64,000 nt of DNA, taken from NCBI GenBank assembly GCA_964559555.1, contig CAZLHM010000001.1, positions 49,230 to 113,229 of the forward strand, given 5' to 3'. The notes under the pieces are model-generated. The model was not told where the DNA came from. It ran no database searches and worked only from the letters and a program-made list of their open reading frames with translations. This stretch comes from an uncultured Candidatus Bathyarchaeia archaeon (GTDB lineage Archaea; Thermoproteota; Bathyarchaeia; 40CM-2-53-6). The position numbers and the translations under genes were made by a program. This document shows positions 19,376 through 28,863 of the stretch, one piece after another. How positions within the stretch are numbered: position 1 is the first letter of the stretch; every line of letters starts with the position of its first letter.

Positions 19376-20705
19376 ATGAATACTGAGAAGTCGAACTATC
19401 TCTTTGAAAGAGCAAGGCTTGTCGCGCCTGGGGGGGTGCACAGTGACTTTCGTCACGCCTACCCGAGGTTCTTCAAGTTTGCGAGCGGCTCGCGAATTGT
19501 AGATGTTGATGGCAACACATACATCGACTACCACATGGCGTTCGGGCCCTTAATTCTGGGTCATAGAAACGAGAAGGTCGTAGCCGCCGTTAAGGACCAG
19601 CTGGAGCGTGGCGACATCTACGGGATGGGTTCGCATGAGTTGGAGTTCGATGTTGCGGAGAAGATAGTTGAACATGTCCCTAGCGCAGAGAAAGTCCGTT
19701 TCTGCAACTCGGGTTCCGAGGCAACCTATCACGCTCTTAGGCTTGCGAGAGCATATACGGGAAGAAAGAAGATAGTCAAATTCGAGGGTTCGTACAACGG
19801 GTGGCATGACTACCTGGACATAGGCGTTTTTCCGTCCCGAGAGAGTGTTGGAATGCATCAATACAACTCTGCCGGAATGCTACAGGAAGCAACAGACCAG
19901 ACGCTCGTAGTAGACTACAACGATGTTGATGTTTTTGAAAATACAGTCAGGCGGATGAGTAATAGTGTGGCCGCAGTGATTGTCGAGCCGATCCTTCACA
20001 GCTGTGGTTGCATTCTGCCCAAAGAGGGCTTTCTCCAATCCTTGAGGGAAATCGCTGAGGCGAACGACATTGTCTTGATCTTCGATGAGGTGATCACTGG
20101 ATTCAGGCATTCACTGGGTGGAGCCCAGAAGATACTTGGGGTCACCCCTGACCTGACAGTCTTCGCAAAAGCAATGGCAAATGGTTTTCCGGCGGCCGCT
20201 GTTTGTGGGTGTGATCATCTCATGAACCAGCTTCAACCGACCGGGCCTGTTCACATGGCTGGGACCTACAGTGGACACCCGATCTCTATGGCGGCAGCCA
20301 AGGCGACTATTGAACAGCTGGAACGAGGAGACGCGTACGAGAGACTTCAGAATTCGGGTAGCTTCCTCCGAAGAGAACTGACAAGGATAATAGAGGAAGA
20401 AGGTATTCAAGCAAGGACTGCTGGTTTCCGTTCCATATTTACGATATACTTCACAGAGGAAATGCCCCCGCAGCTATAGAGAACTGAAGATAAACAATCG
20501 CGAGGACCTGTTCAAATCGTACTCTTCCAGTATGCTAGAGCAAGGAATCTTCATTCCTCCACAAGCCTACAAGCGATGCCACCTATCGGCCGCCCATTCG
20601 ATGGATGATCTGAGAGCGACAGTAGAAGCTGCCAGATTCGCAATCCATACGTCCAAACTTGAGTCGGAAGGTCGAGCCCCTAGAAAATATCCGCAAGAGC
20701 ATTGA
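19376..20705 (+). CDS. Class-III aminotransferase, glutamate-1-semialdehyde 2,1-aminomutase-like; reading frame interrupted by +1 frameshift at 20465-20469
   Basis: The N-terminal 367 aa (19376-20479) end ...IYFTEEMPPQL*. The C-terminal ~70 aa continue in the +1 frame from 20481 (ELKINNREDLFKSYSSSMLEQGIFIPPQAYKRCHLSAAHSMDDLRATVEAA). Deleting one C from the C5 run restores FTEEMPRSYRELKINNREDLFKSY, which aligns with the canonical FTDEPVTNYAEAKxSD region. Confidence 0.75.
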
Positions 20706-22014
20706 GGGTTCTCGTGACATCCTCCTCGTTATGAGCGATCGATAGAAAACAACAGTGTAACGGTGTGAAGAAGATCCCTCTGTTGCACATTGCGAGGTTG
20801 AGCGATCGAAGCTTTAGACCATCGGCACGAGCAGCCTGCCTGTATGATTTGACTTCCTCCCCAGTGAACAGTATGTGGAAGATGGACCTGAGACCAAGGA
20901 CTTTGGCTTCGACAAATCTCTCAGCTAGTAGCTCTGTCATGGAACCTCTGATTCTTTCTCCCGCTCGGTCCAGTTGCTCGTACACACCCGGCTGCTCAAG
21001 AACGTCCATGGTCGCGAGGCCTGCTGCAAGCACTGTGGCGCAGGCATTGTAGGTTCCGCTGTGAAAGAGCGAGGTACTGGAATCTGAATCGAGCGATATC
21101 AAACTCATAATGTCAGACCGCCCTCCAAACACTCCACATGGAAGACCCCCTCCCACGATCTTGCCAAGCGCAACCAGATCAGGCCTGATACCGAAATATT
21201 GCGCTGCTCCTCCTAGTCCAAGTCTAAATCCCGTCATGACTTCGTCAAAGATGAGCGGAATATCATTTTCTTCGGTGACTTCACGGACGCACCTCAGGAA
21301 GCCGCTCTCCGGGATCATGTAGCCTCTAGCTACTGGTTCCATGATTACTCCAGCCAGATTTGCCGCTTCACGCTCAATGATTCGTTCAACAGCAGAGGCA
21401 TCATTGAATGGAAGCACAATGGTGTTATCTACTACCCTTTGGGGCACTCCTGCTCCGTGGGGCACAGCCATCGGTTCTGACTGGAACCCGGCGACGCTCA
21501 ATTCAGGTGACACACTGATGGTCGCGTACTCATGCCACCCGTGGTAGTGCCCCTCGAATTTAGCAACCTTTTCTCTCCGGGTGTAAGCCTTGGCTATTCT
21601 CAATGCATTCAGTGTTGCTTCAGTGCCGGAATTCGTAAACCGAACCAGCTCTGCCGGTCTATAGAGGGAGCTTATGCGCTTTGCCATCTCGAGCTCCAGC
21701 TTATGAGGCGTCCCATACAATGATGTCCCAGAAGCCTCAAGCTGATTCGTGATTGCATTCACGACGGTCGGGTGACCGTGCCCGAGGATAAGTGGGCCGT
21801 ATCCCAAGCAGTAGTCAACGTATTCATTGCCATCGACATCGACGAGTTTCGATCCGCCCGCGGATCGCATCACAATCGGATAAGGATACATGAACTTCGC
21901 ATTTGCCGTGACTCCGCCAGCAATATGCTTCTTGAACTCTCCGAACAAGACTCCTGATGAGGAAGTCCGCCCACGAAAGTGCGATAGTTCAGTCACGAAG
22001 TCTAATCGTGGCAA
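20680..22014 (-). CDS. Class-III aminotransferase (glutamate-1-semialdehyde aminomutase-like)
   Basis: 444 aa with VDVDGNEYVDY, GHGHP, FTNSGTEA, DEVMTGFR and LGKIVGGG (PLP-Lys region). Convergent with the previous aminotransferase and overlapping its end. Confidence 0.8.
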   Translation of the reverse strand: MPRLDFVTELSHFRGRTSSSGVLFGEFKKHIAGGVTANAKFMYPYPIVMRSAGGSKLVDVDGNEYVDYCLGYGPLILGHGHPTVVNAITNQLEASGTSLYGTPHKLELEMAKRISSLYRPAELVRFTNSGTEATLNALRIAKAYTRREKVAKFEGHYHGWHEYATISVSPELSVAGFQSEPMAVPHGAGVPQRVVDNTIVLPFNDASAVERIIEREAANLAGVIMEPVARGYMIPESGFLRCVREVTEENDIPLIFDEVMTGFRLGLGGAAQYFGIRPDLVALGKIVGGGLPCGVFGGRSDIMSLISLDSDSSTSLFHSGTYNACATVLAAGLATMDVLEQPGVYEQLDRAGERIRGSMTELLAERFVEAKVLGLRSIFHILFTGEEVKSYRQAARADGLKLRSLNLAMCNRGIFFTPLHCCFLSIAHNEEDVTRTLNALADIF

Positions 22015-22068
22015 TGCTGTAACGACCTATTGCCTTACGTCGGATGCGTCCCGGTGGGATGCTTGATG

Positions 22069-23376
22069 TCACGGTCTGTTTCTCTCAACTTCGTCAAGGG
22101 ATTCACTCAAGGTGTTGATGACTTGATCTAGTTCCTCAGTAGATACTACCAGCGGAGGCTGAACTCGTATCACGTTACTTTTGATGCCCCCGTGTCCGAC
22201 AAGCACTCCCCTCTTCCTACAGGCTTCCCTGACCTTTGATGCCTCTTGAGATGCAGGTTCTTTCGTTTCGCGACTCTGAACCAGCTCTATTCCAATCATA
22301 AGTCCCTTGCCTCGAATGTCCCCGATCAGAGGGTGTTTCCTCATCATCTCTCCAAGTCTCTTCATGACATCTCGGCCTTTGATGTGAGCTTCTTCTGGGA
22401 GTCTCTCGCTGAGGAGAACGTCTATGTTTGCGAGAGCTGCAGCGCAAGAGACGGGGTTACCTCCGAAAGTTGATAGGTGGTCTCCCGGTTCAAACGCGTT
22501 GCCTATCTCTTCTTTGGCAGTGCACGCACCGAGAGGGAGACCAGCAGCAATCCCCTTTGCCATCGTGATGATGTCAGGTTTCACTCCGTAATGCTCGAGT
22601 CCGAACATCTTTCCTGTACGACCAAAACCGGTCTGCACCTCATCATCAATGAGCAGTATCTCATACTGGTCAAGGATCTTCCTGACCTCCTTGAAGTACT
22701 CTAAGGGCGGGACAATTATTCCGCCTTCGCCTAGAATAGGTTCAACGATGAAAGCGGCGACGCAACCGGAAGTCGAATAGCTGATGACATCTTCAATCAT
22801 CTTCGCACACGCAATGCCGCACCTAGGGTATTCCTGTCCTAGTTGACAGCGGTAGCAGTATGGAGCTGGAGCGAAAGATACGTCACCCAAGTACGGCCCC
22901 ATGGAATAGCTTCTGCGACCCGATTGTCCAGTGACAGATAGCGTTCCCAGAGTTCGACCGTGGAATGAGCACATTAGAGCAAGAATTTCGTGTTTCTTAG
23001 AAAACCTCCGGCCGAGCTTGAGCGCGCACTCAACAGCCTCAGCTCCACTGTTACCAAAGAATGTCTTTCTCAACCCCCAAGGATTGATCTGCGAAAGACG
23101 TTCGGCCAGCTCTGCGACAACAGGAATGTGATAGACATACGTGCACGCATGTATGAGCTGGTCAAGCTGCCGCTTGGCCGCTTTTACCACCTTCGGGTTG
23201 CGGTGGCCCGAGTTTACAACCGATACACCTGAAAAGCAATCCACATATTCTCTACCATCAGCGTCCCTTACCCTAGCTCCCATCCCCTCGGTAACCACGA
23301 CTGGTTCAAGCTTGTTAACACAGCTCGTGACCACATACTTGCTGTATTTCTCAAATACGCGAGCGGCCTGACTCAT
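22069..23376 (-). CDS. Class-III aminotransferase (4-aminobutyrate / acetylornithine aminotransferase-like)
   Basis: GNSGAEAVE, DEVQTGFGRTG and TMAKGIAAGLP (PLP-Lys). The start is placed at the internal MSQAARVFEKY, since the longer ORF-track start adds an unlikely N-extension. Confidence 0.8.
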   Translation of the reverse strand: MSQAARVFEKYSKYVVTSCVNKLEPVVVTEGMGARVRDADGREYVDCFSGVSVVNSGHRNPKVVKAAKRQLDQLIHACTYVYHIPVVAELAERLSQINPWGLRKTFFGNSGAEAVECALKLGRRFSKKHEILALMCSFHGRTLGTLSVTGQSGRRSYSMGPYLGDVSFAPAPYCYRCQLGQEYPRCGIACAKMIEDVISYSTSGCVAAFIVEPILGEGGIIVPPLEYFKEVRKILDQYEILLIDDEVQTGFGRTGKMFGLEHYGVKPDIITMAKGIAAGLPLGACTAKEEIGNAFEPGDHLSTFGGNPVSCAAALANIDVLLSERLPEEAHIKGRDVMKRLGEMMRKHPLIGDIRGKGLMIGIELVQSRETKEPASQEASKVREACRKRGVLVGHGGIKSNVIRVQPPLVVSTEELDQVINTLSESLDEVERNRP

Positions 23377-23461
23377 AGAATCCACATTCGCACAATGTCT
23401 AGGAACAAGCATTAATAGTTGGACGCTATTTACGCGTGCCGCTGCCAGTTCAGCTTGGCAT

Positions 23462-24964
23462 ATGGAGGCTGTGATGACGAGAGAAACACGGCCTACGAGG
23501 CAATCGGGACAGACGGTCCTTACGATCAAGAACTATGTGAACGGCGAGTGGGTGGCATCGAACTCCACGCAACTATTGGATGTGGTGAACCCTGCCACAG
23601 CAGAAGTGCTAGCTCGTGTTCCAGTGTCAACTCGCGACGAAGTGAATGAGGCAATTCAGTACGCAAGAGAATCATACGAGGACTGGAAAGAGACGCCCCC
23701 GCTTACAAGAGCGCGTTACCTGTTCACTCTCAAGAACTTGATGGAGGATCATTTCGAAGAAGTCTCGCGCATCGTAGTACAAGAGAATGGAAAGACCATC
23801 GATGAGGGGAGAGGAGAGGTCAGACGCGCCATAGAATGCGTGGAACACGCCGCTGGAATCCCTACACTCATGATGGGATATAATGCTGAGAGCATTGCTC
23901 CAGGCATGGATGAGGAATGCCTACTACAACCCCTCGGCGTCTTCTGCTGTCTTCCGCCCTCCAACTTCCCCGCGATGATCCCCTTCTGGTTCCTTCCCTA
24001 TGCGGTTGCGTGCGGAAACACGTACGTTGTGAAGCCTTCGAGTGAAGTCCCACTCTCGATGAACAAGATGTTCGAACTCATTCACGAAGCGGACTTCCCC
24101 CCTGGCGTCATTAACCTCGTCAATGGAACAAGAGAAGTCGCTGATGTTCTCCTTGAGAGTAAGGACATCAAGGGCGTGTCCCTGGTCGGTTCAACACCCG
24201 TCGCAAGGTACGTCTATGCGAAGGCAACCTCCACGGGCAAACGTGCTCAATGCCAAGGCGGAGCGAAGAACTTCCTAGTTGTGATGCCTGACGCACCTCT
24301 CGACAAGATCATGCCCGCGATAATGAACTCAGTCTATGGCTGTGCAGGCCAAAGATGCTTGGCAGGGGCGAACGTGGTTGCCGTCGGAGACGTATACGAA
24401 CCCCTGAAGCAGAAGTTGATCGACGCGGCAAGGGCGATCAAGGTGGGTTACGGTCTCGATGAGAGCGTGCAGATGGGTCCGGTCAGATCGAAGCAGGCAA
24501 GGGAAAAGGTTCTCTCATATATCGAGACAGGAATGAAGGAAGGCGCGCAACTAATCCTCGACGGACGAGATATCAAGGTCGACGGATTCGAGAACGGCTA
24601 CTTCGTCGGACCTACAATCTTCGACAAAGTCGACCCGAAGATGAAGATCGGCAGCGAGGAGATCTTCGGACCGGTCATGTGTATAATGAGAGCCAAAGAT
24701 CTAGATGAGGCACTTGAGATGATTCATCAGAATCCACACGGCAATGCGTCTTCGATCTTCACCCAGAGCGGGAAGTGGGCCAGAGAGTTCAAGCACAGAG
24801 TGCAGGCAGGAGATGTTGGGATCAACATCGGCATTGCTGCGCCGGTTGCGTTCTTCCCGTTCAGCGGATGGAAAGACTCGTTCTTCGGGGACCTACACGG
24901 ACAAGGTTTCGACGCCATCAACTTCTTTACCGAGAGGAAAGTCGTCATCTCCAGATGGTTCTAG
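23462..24964 (+). CDS. mmsA: Methylmalonate-semialdehyde dehydrogenase (CoA-acylating) / ALDH superfamily
   Basis: 500 aa ALDH with KNYVNGEW, CGNTYVVKPSSE and a catalytic Cys in CAGQRCLA, the MmsA-like pattern. Confidence 0.8.
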   Translation: MEAVMTRETRPTRQSGQTVLTIKNYVNGEWVASNSTQLLDVVNPATAEVLARVPVSTRDEVNEAIQYARESYEDWKETPPLTRARYLFTLKNLMEDHFEEVSRIVVQENGKTIDEGRGEVRRAIECVEHAAGIPTLMMGYNAESIAPGMDEECLLQPLGVFCCLPPSNFPAMIPFWFLPYAVACGNTYVVKPSSEVPLSMNKMFELIHEADFPPGVINLVNGTREVADVLLESKDIKGVSLVGSTPVARYVYAKATSTGKRAQCQGGAKNFLVVMPDAPLDKIMPAIMNSVYGCAGQRCLAGANVVAVGDVYEPLKQKLIDAARAIKVGYGLDESVQMGPVRSKQAREKVLSYIETGMKEGAQLILDGRDIKVDGFENGYFVGPTIFDKVDPKMKIGSEEIFGPVMCIMRAKDLDEALEMIHQNPHGNASSIFTQSGKWAREFKHRVQAGDVGINIGIAAPVAFFPFSGWKDSFFGDLHGQGFDAINFFTERKVVISRWF

Positions 24965-24982
24965 AAAGCCGCGCATTTCGTT

Positions 24983-25432
24983 ATGTGGTGCAATGTCGAT
25001 TTGGAGCTCAAGACGTTTAGTGCCGTACTGAAGTTCACACTTCAACTCGAAGGTCAGACAGGAAGATTCTACGAGGACGCCTCATCGAGTGAGAAATGCC
25101 TGCAAGCTAAGCAACTCCTCATTGGTTTTGCTGAGAATAGCAGAAAGAGAAGACAGGCTCTGGAAAAAGCTGCCAGGGAAAGCGTGGATCACTCCCTACT
25201 CGAACCAATATCCGGCCTACTTGAAGAAAGTTACCTTGTGAACGTGAACTTTTCAGAAAGCATGGACTTCGCGGAGGTCCTAGCGACTGCGAGGCAAGTT
25301 GAAGAGCAGATGCAAAAGTTCTACTCCGAAGCGGGAGAGAAGATCAGCTTCATACCCGCAGTGAGTAGGATCTACAAGCGGTACGCCCAAGACAGAGCGA
25401 AGGCTCTGGCGTCTCTCCCAAGCCTATCCTAA
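24983..25432 (+). CDS. Hypothetical protein
   Basis: 149-aa ORF with no recognisable motif. Kept because the reading frame is clean and it is tightly spaced after mmsA. Confidence 0.3.
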   Translation: MWCNVDLELKTFSAVLKFTLQLEGQTGRFYEDASSSEKCLQAKQLLIGFAENSRKRRQALEKAARESVDHSLLEPISGLLEESYLVNVNFSESMDFAEVLATARQVEEQMQKFYSEAGEKISFIPAVSRIYKRYAQDRAKALASLPSLS

Positions 25433-25470
25433 TGACCACTCAGTAGCCTAGGCGAGCTGGGACAAGAACC

Positions 25471-25908
25471 CTGAGGAATGAATGTCTACGGTGCGGCAAC
25501 TGCTGTGAAACCCACCCCTGTGCATTGGCTCCAGATGATCTCACGAGAATGTCAGGTTTCTTTGGTCTTGGGACGGCTGAGCTGTTCAGAAGATACCTCG
25601 TTCTTGACTATGCTCTCCTACGTGGCAGGAAGGAATACTACGTCTGTCCAGCTCGTTCCATCGATGAGCCGGGAAAGCCCGTAGACTGGGCATGGACATT
25701 CTCAAGTTCCCCTTGTGTATTCCTGCGAGAGCACCAGTGCACAATTGAGCAGGTCAAGCCGTACGGAGGCAGAACATTCTTCTGTAGAAAGATCGCGCCT
25801 AGAGATCATGAGCAGGTGAAGTTCGGGAAGCGCGAGGCGGCCCGTGCTTGGAAGAAGAGCCTTATGCTCAAGGAGTTGCTGAACTCGACATTCTCTCCAG
25901 CAGCTTGA
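25471..25908 (+). CDS. YkgJ-family (CxxCGxCC) cysteine-cluster protein; N-terminal boundary unresolved
   Basis: In-frame CLRCGNCCETHPC at 25483-25521 is the YkgJ/UPF0153 signature, but the first canonical in-frame start (TTG 25525) lies after it. CTG 25471 is the only plausible in-frame start, or an ATG at 25478 sits in another frame. Confidence 0.5.
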   Translation: MRNECLRCGNCCETHPCALAPDDLTRMSGFFGLGTAELFRRYLVLDYALLRGRKEYYVCPARSIDEPGKPVDWAWTFSSSPCVFLREHQCTIEQVKPYGGRTFFCRKIAPRDHEQVKFGKREAARAWKKSLMLKELLNSTFSPAA

Positions 25909-26168
25909 CGATTAGATGTATTTCGCTTGCGTCACATGCAGTTCATTGTCGAGGAGGCCCTAGATCGGTGGACCATACGAGATCAACCTCTAATGTCTGA
26001 TCGCCATAGAGATTAGGGTTGGTAGCGACTACCATCTCGAGACCTTAGTAATCTGTGCTCCTTTTCTCCTCAACTGTCATGTTCATTTTTTCGCTTCCTC
26101 TACGAACTCAATGACGAGTGGTAGGATTCCGGCGGGAAGACTCCGCCGTTCCCTGAGGTCGCTTGAGC

Positions 26169-27344
26169 CTAACCAATCAGAGAACTTGTATCCTCGAGAA
26201 GCCGCTTGACGTGAACCAAGAACTGCGCGGCAGGGACACCGTCTGTGATTCTGTGATCGAAGATCAAGGATAGTGTAGCCTGAGTTCTGATCTTGACTGA
26301 ATCTCCTTCGACGACGGGCCTCTTTGTGGACTGCCCCACGGCAAGTATGGCAGCCTGGGGTGGATTGATTATGGGCGCGAAGATTCCAACACCTTCTGCT
26401 CCTAGGTTTGTAACAGTGAAGGTCCCGCCGGTTACCTCATCAATAGTCAATGAACCCGCAGCGGATCTCTCTCTTAGCAGCCCAATCTTCTCGGAGATCT
26501 CACTTAGACTCAGCTTCTCCGCTCCCGCGATCGTAGGTGCAGTCAGGCCTTCCGAGGTGTTCATGGCCACAGAGATGTTAATGTCATCATAGATCTTCAC
26601 CTTACCTTCCTCAAATGAGGAGTTCAAGATCAGATTCTCACGTAGGGCCTTTGCCACCGCCTTCACAACGAAAGCCGTGACTGAGACCGCTTCGTCCATT
26701 CTGCTGCGAGCCTCTTGGAGAGCGTCCATGTTCACATCGACGGTGAGCAGCACGGGAACAGTTGAGTGAAAGCTGTAGGTTAGACGCTCGGCAACGCTCT
26801 TTCGAATTCCCTTCAGTGCAATAGTCTCTTTGACTCTGGGCACCGTCCCCAACTTCTCTGGGACAGGAGCCTTTGCCTGTTCTACCGCTCTCAGCACATC
26901 GTCGCTTTGTACCCTACCGTCGGGTCCTGTACCTTGCACCTTGCTCAAGTCTACTCCATGCTTCCTCGCCAGTGCTCTTGCAGCTGGGGAAGCCCTGACT
27001 TCACGAACCAAAGCTCTTTGCGAAGGAAGCCGCACTGGCCCTTCGGCTTGAATTGGCTCGGGGACAAGAGCAACCGTAGCCGCGGCATACCCTGCTGGAA
27101 CCTCTTCCCCCGGCTCACCTATGACTCCGAGGATAGTAGCTACGGGAACTTCCAGTCCCGCCTTCGCGATTATGCTCTTGAGAATTCCTGAAGAGGGAGC
27201 CTCCACGTCGAAGGTGGTCTTCTCTCCCTCGATTCGGACAACCGGTTCCCCTTTGTGGACCTCGTCACCCTCCTTCTTGAGCCACTCGAGAACCTTTCCA
27301 GACTGCATGGCCACATCTATTCGTGGCATCAGAACTTCGTGCAC
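26169..27344 (-). CDS. Dihydrolipoamide acyltransferase (E2 component of a 2-oxoacid dehydrogenase complex)
   Basis: N-terminal lipoyl domain (GDEVHKGEPVVRIEGEKTTFDVEAPSSG), a peripheral subunit-binding region, and a C-terminal catalytic domain with DHRITDG. Confidence 0.8.
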   Translation of the reverse strand: MHEVLMPRIDVAMQSGKVLEWLKKEGDEVHKGEPVVRIEGEKTTFDVEAPSSGILKSIIAKAGLEVPVATILGVIGEPGEEVPAGYAAATVALVPEPIQAEGPVRLPSQRALVREVRASPAARALARKHGVDLSKVQGTGPDGRVQSDDVLRAVEQAKAPVPEKLGTVPRVKETIALKGIRKSVAERLTYSFHSTVPVLLTVDVNMDALQEARSRMDEAVSVTAFVVKAVAKALRENLILNSSFEEGKVKIYDDINISVAMNTSEGLTAPTIAGAEKLSLSEISEKIGLLRERSAAGSLTIDEVTGGTFTVTNLGAEGVGIFAPIINPPQAAILAVGQSTKRPVVEGDSVKIRTQATLSLIFDHRITDGVPAAQFLVHVKRLLEDTSSLIG

Positions 27345-27591
27345 AGCTTCTCTTCCCTGTCGTCGTGGTCTGCCCTTCGATAATAAAGAATTACGTCATT
27401 CAATGACCTGGAGGATTCGCGTCGTAGGGTGTCATCACTCAATTCTTCCTTCCCGATCTCCAGCAGATAGCGCACACTGAGATTGGGCACAGAGGGCACG
27501 CCTATCCAGCGATCACAGCATGGTAGCGGCTATTCCCCTCAAGCTATTATAGTCACGAACCTCGAAGAACTCAACCGCGGGACGTGTACAC

Positions 27592-28848
27592 TTGCTCCAC
27601 GGTGAGATTCTCACTATCGATGATTTTCAATTTCTTGGGAAGACCGTGCTCTTGAGACTCGACCTCAACTCGCCAGTAGATCCTCAGAGTCAGAAGATAA
27701 TAGATGACTCGAGAATCAGAGAGCATGCGAAGACGGTGTGTGAACTCTCTGAGAAAGGCGCGAAGCTTGTCATCTTGGCTCATCAAGGAGACCCTACCCT
27801 CCCGGACCAGTTCATCCCTCTCGAACAACACGCGCAGATCCTCTCCGGTTTGGTTGGCAAGGAAGTCCAGTACATTGACGACACACTTGGACCCTGCGCT
27901 AGGGAGGCGGTCCGTAAGCTGGAAAATGGGCAGATTCTCATGTTGGAGAATACTAGGTACTTCAGCGAAGATACCCGCTTGTTCGAGGATACGATGAAGA
28001 GACCGCCTGAGGAACAGGCGAAGACATTGCTTGTTCGCAAGCTCTATCCGTTGGCAGATGTGTTTGTCAACGACGCATTCGCCGCCGCTCACAAGTCCCA
28101 ACCATCACTAGTCGGCTTCGCCGAGGTACTCCCATCGATCGCAGGCAGAGTCATGGAAGCTGAACTGAATGCGCTTATCAATATCAGAGACAAGCCGAAG
28201 AAACCCTGTGTCTTCTGTCTAGGCGGCCGAAAGATATCCGACAAATATGAGATGATGGAACCTGTCCTCAAGAGCGGCGTAGCTGACAAGCTCCTGACAT
28301 CAGGAATCATTGGTCTGCTGATGCTTCGGGCTTCCGGACTTGAGCTGGGTCGTGAAGATTCAATCATCAAGGATATGGGCCATGAGAAGTATCTCTCCGT
28401 TTCGAAGAAACTCCTTGATGCGTATGGCAGAGAGAGGATAGAGTTCCCGGTGGATCTTGCCATAGATCAGAATGGCAGAAAAGAGATAGACGCCACTTCA
28501 CTTCCAGTGGACGCGCCAATCCTCGACATTGGCACGAAGACCGTTCAGAAGTACTCAGCAATAGTAAGACAGTCAGGAACGATCTTCTTCAGTGGTCCAC
28601 CAGGTAATTTTGAGAAGGAAAGTTTCTCTGCTGGGACGAGAGACCTTCTGAAGGCAATAGCAGAGTCCGGCGCCTTCTCGGTCGTGGGAGGAGGCCATTC
28701 AATGGCTGCCCTGCGGAAATATGATGTCTTGGACAAGGTTTCATACGTGAGCACAGGTGGAGGAGCCTTGGTTCGATATCTCTCTGGCGAAGAGCTACCC
28801 GTAGTAGCCGCTCTCAAAAAAGCCGCAAGACGTTCACAGAGAAAGTAG
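27592..28848 (+). CDS. pgk: Phosphoglycerate kinase (archaeal type)
   Basis: 418 aa with the PGK fold pattern (VLLRLDLNSP, ILAHQGDP, C-terminal GGGHSMAAL). Confidence 0.85.
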   Translation: MLHGEILTIDDFQFLGKTVLLRLDLNSPVDPQSQKIIDDSRIREHAKTVCELSEKGAKLVILAHQGDPTLPDQFIPLEQHAQILSGLVGKEVQYIDDTLGPCAREAVRKLENGQILMLENTRYFSEDTRLFEDTMKRPPEEQAKTLLVRKLYPLADVFVNDAFAAAHKSQPSLVGFAEVLPSIAGRVMEAELNALINIRDKPKKPCVFCLGGRKISDKYEMMEPVLKSGVADKLLTSGIIGLLMLRASGLELGREDSIIKDMGHEKYLSVSKKLLDAYGRERIEFPVDLAIDQNGRKEIDATSLPVDAPILDIGTKTVQKYSAIVRQSGTIFFSGPPGNFEKESFSAGTRDLLKAIAESGAFSVVGGGHSMAALRKYDVLDKVSYVSTGGGALVRYLSGEELPVVAALKKAARRSQRK

Positions 28849-28863
28849 GCAGTCGATGGAAGA

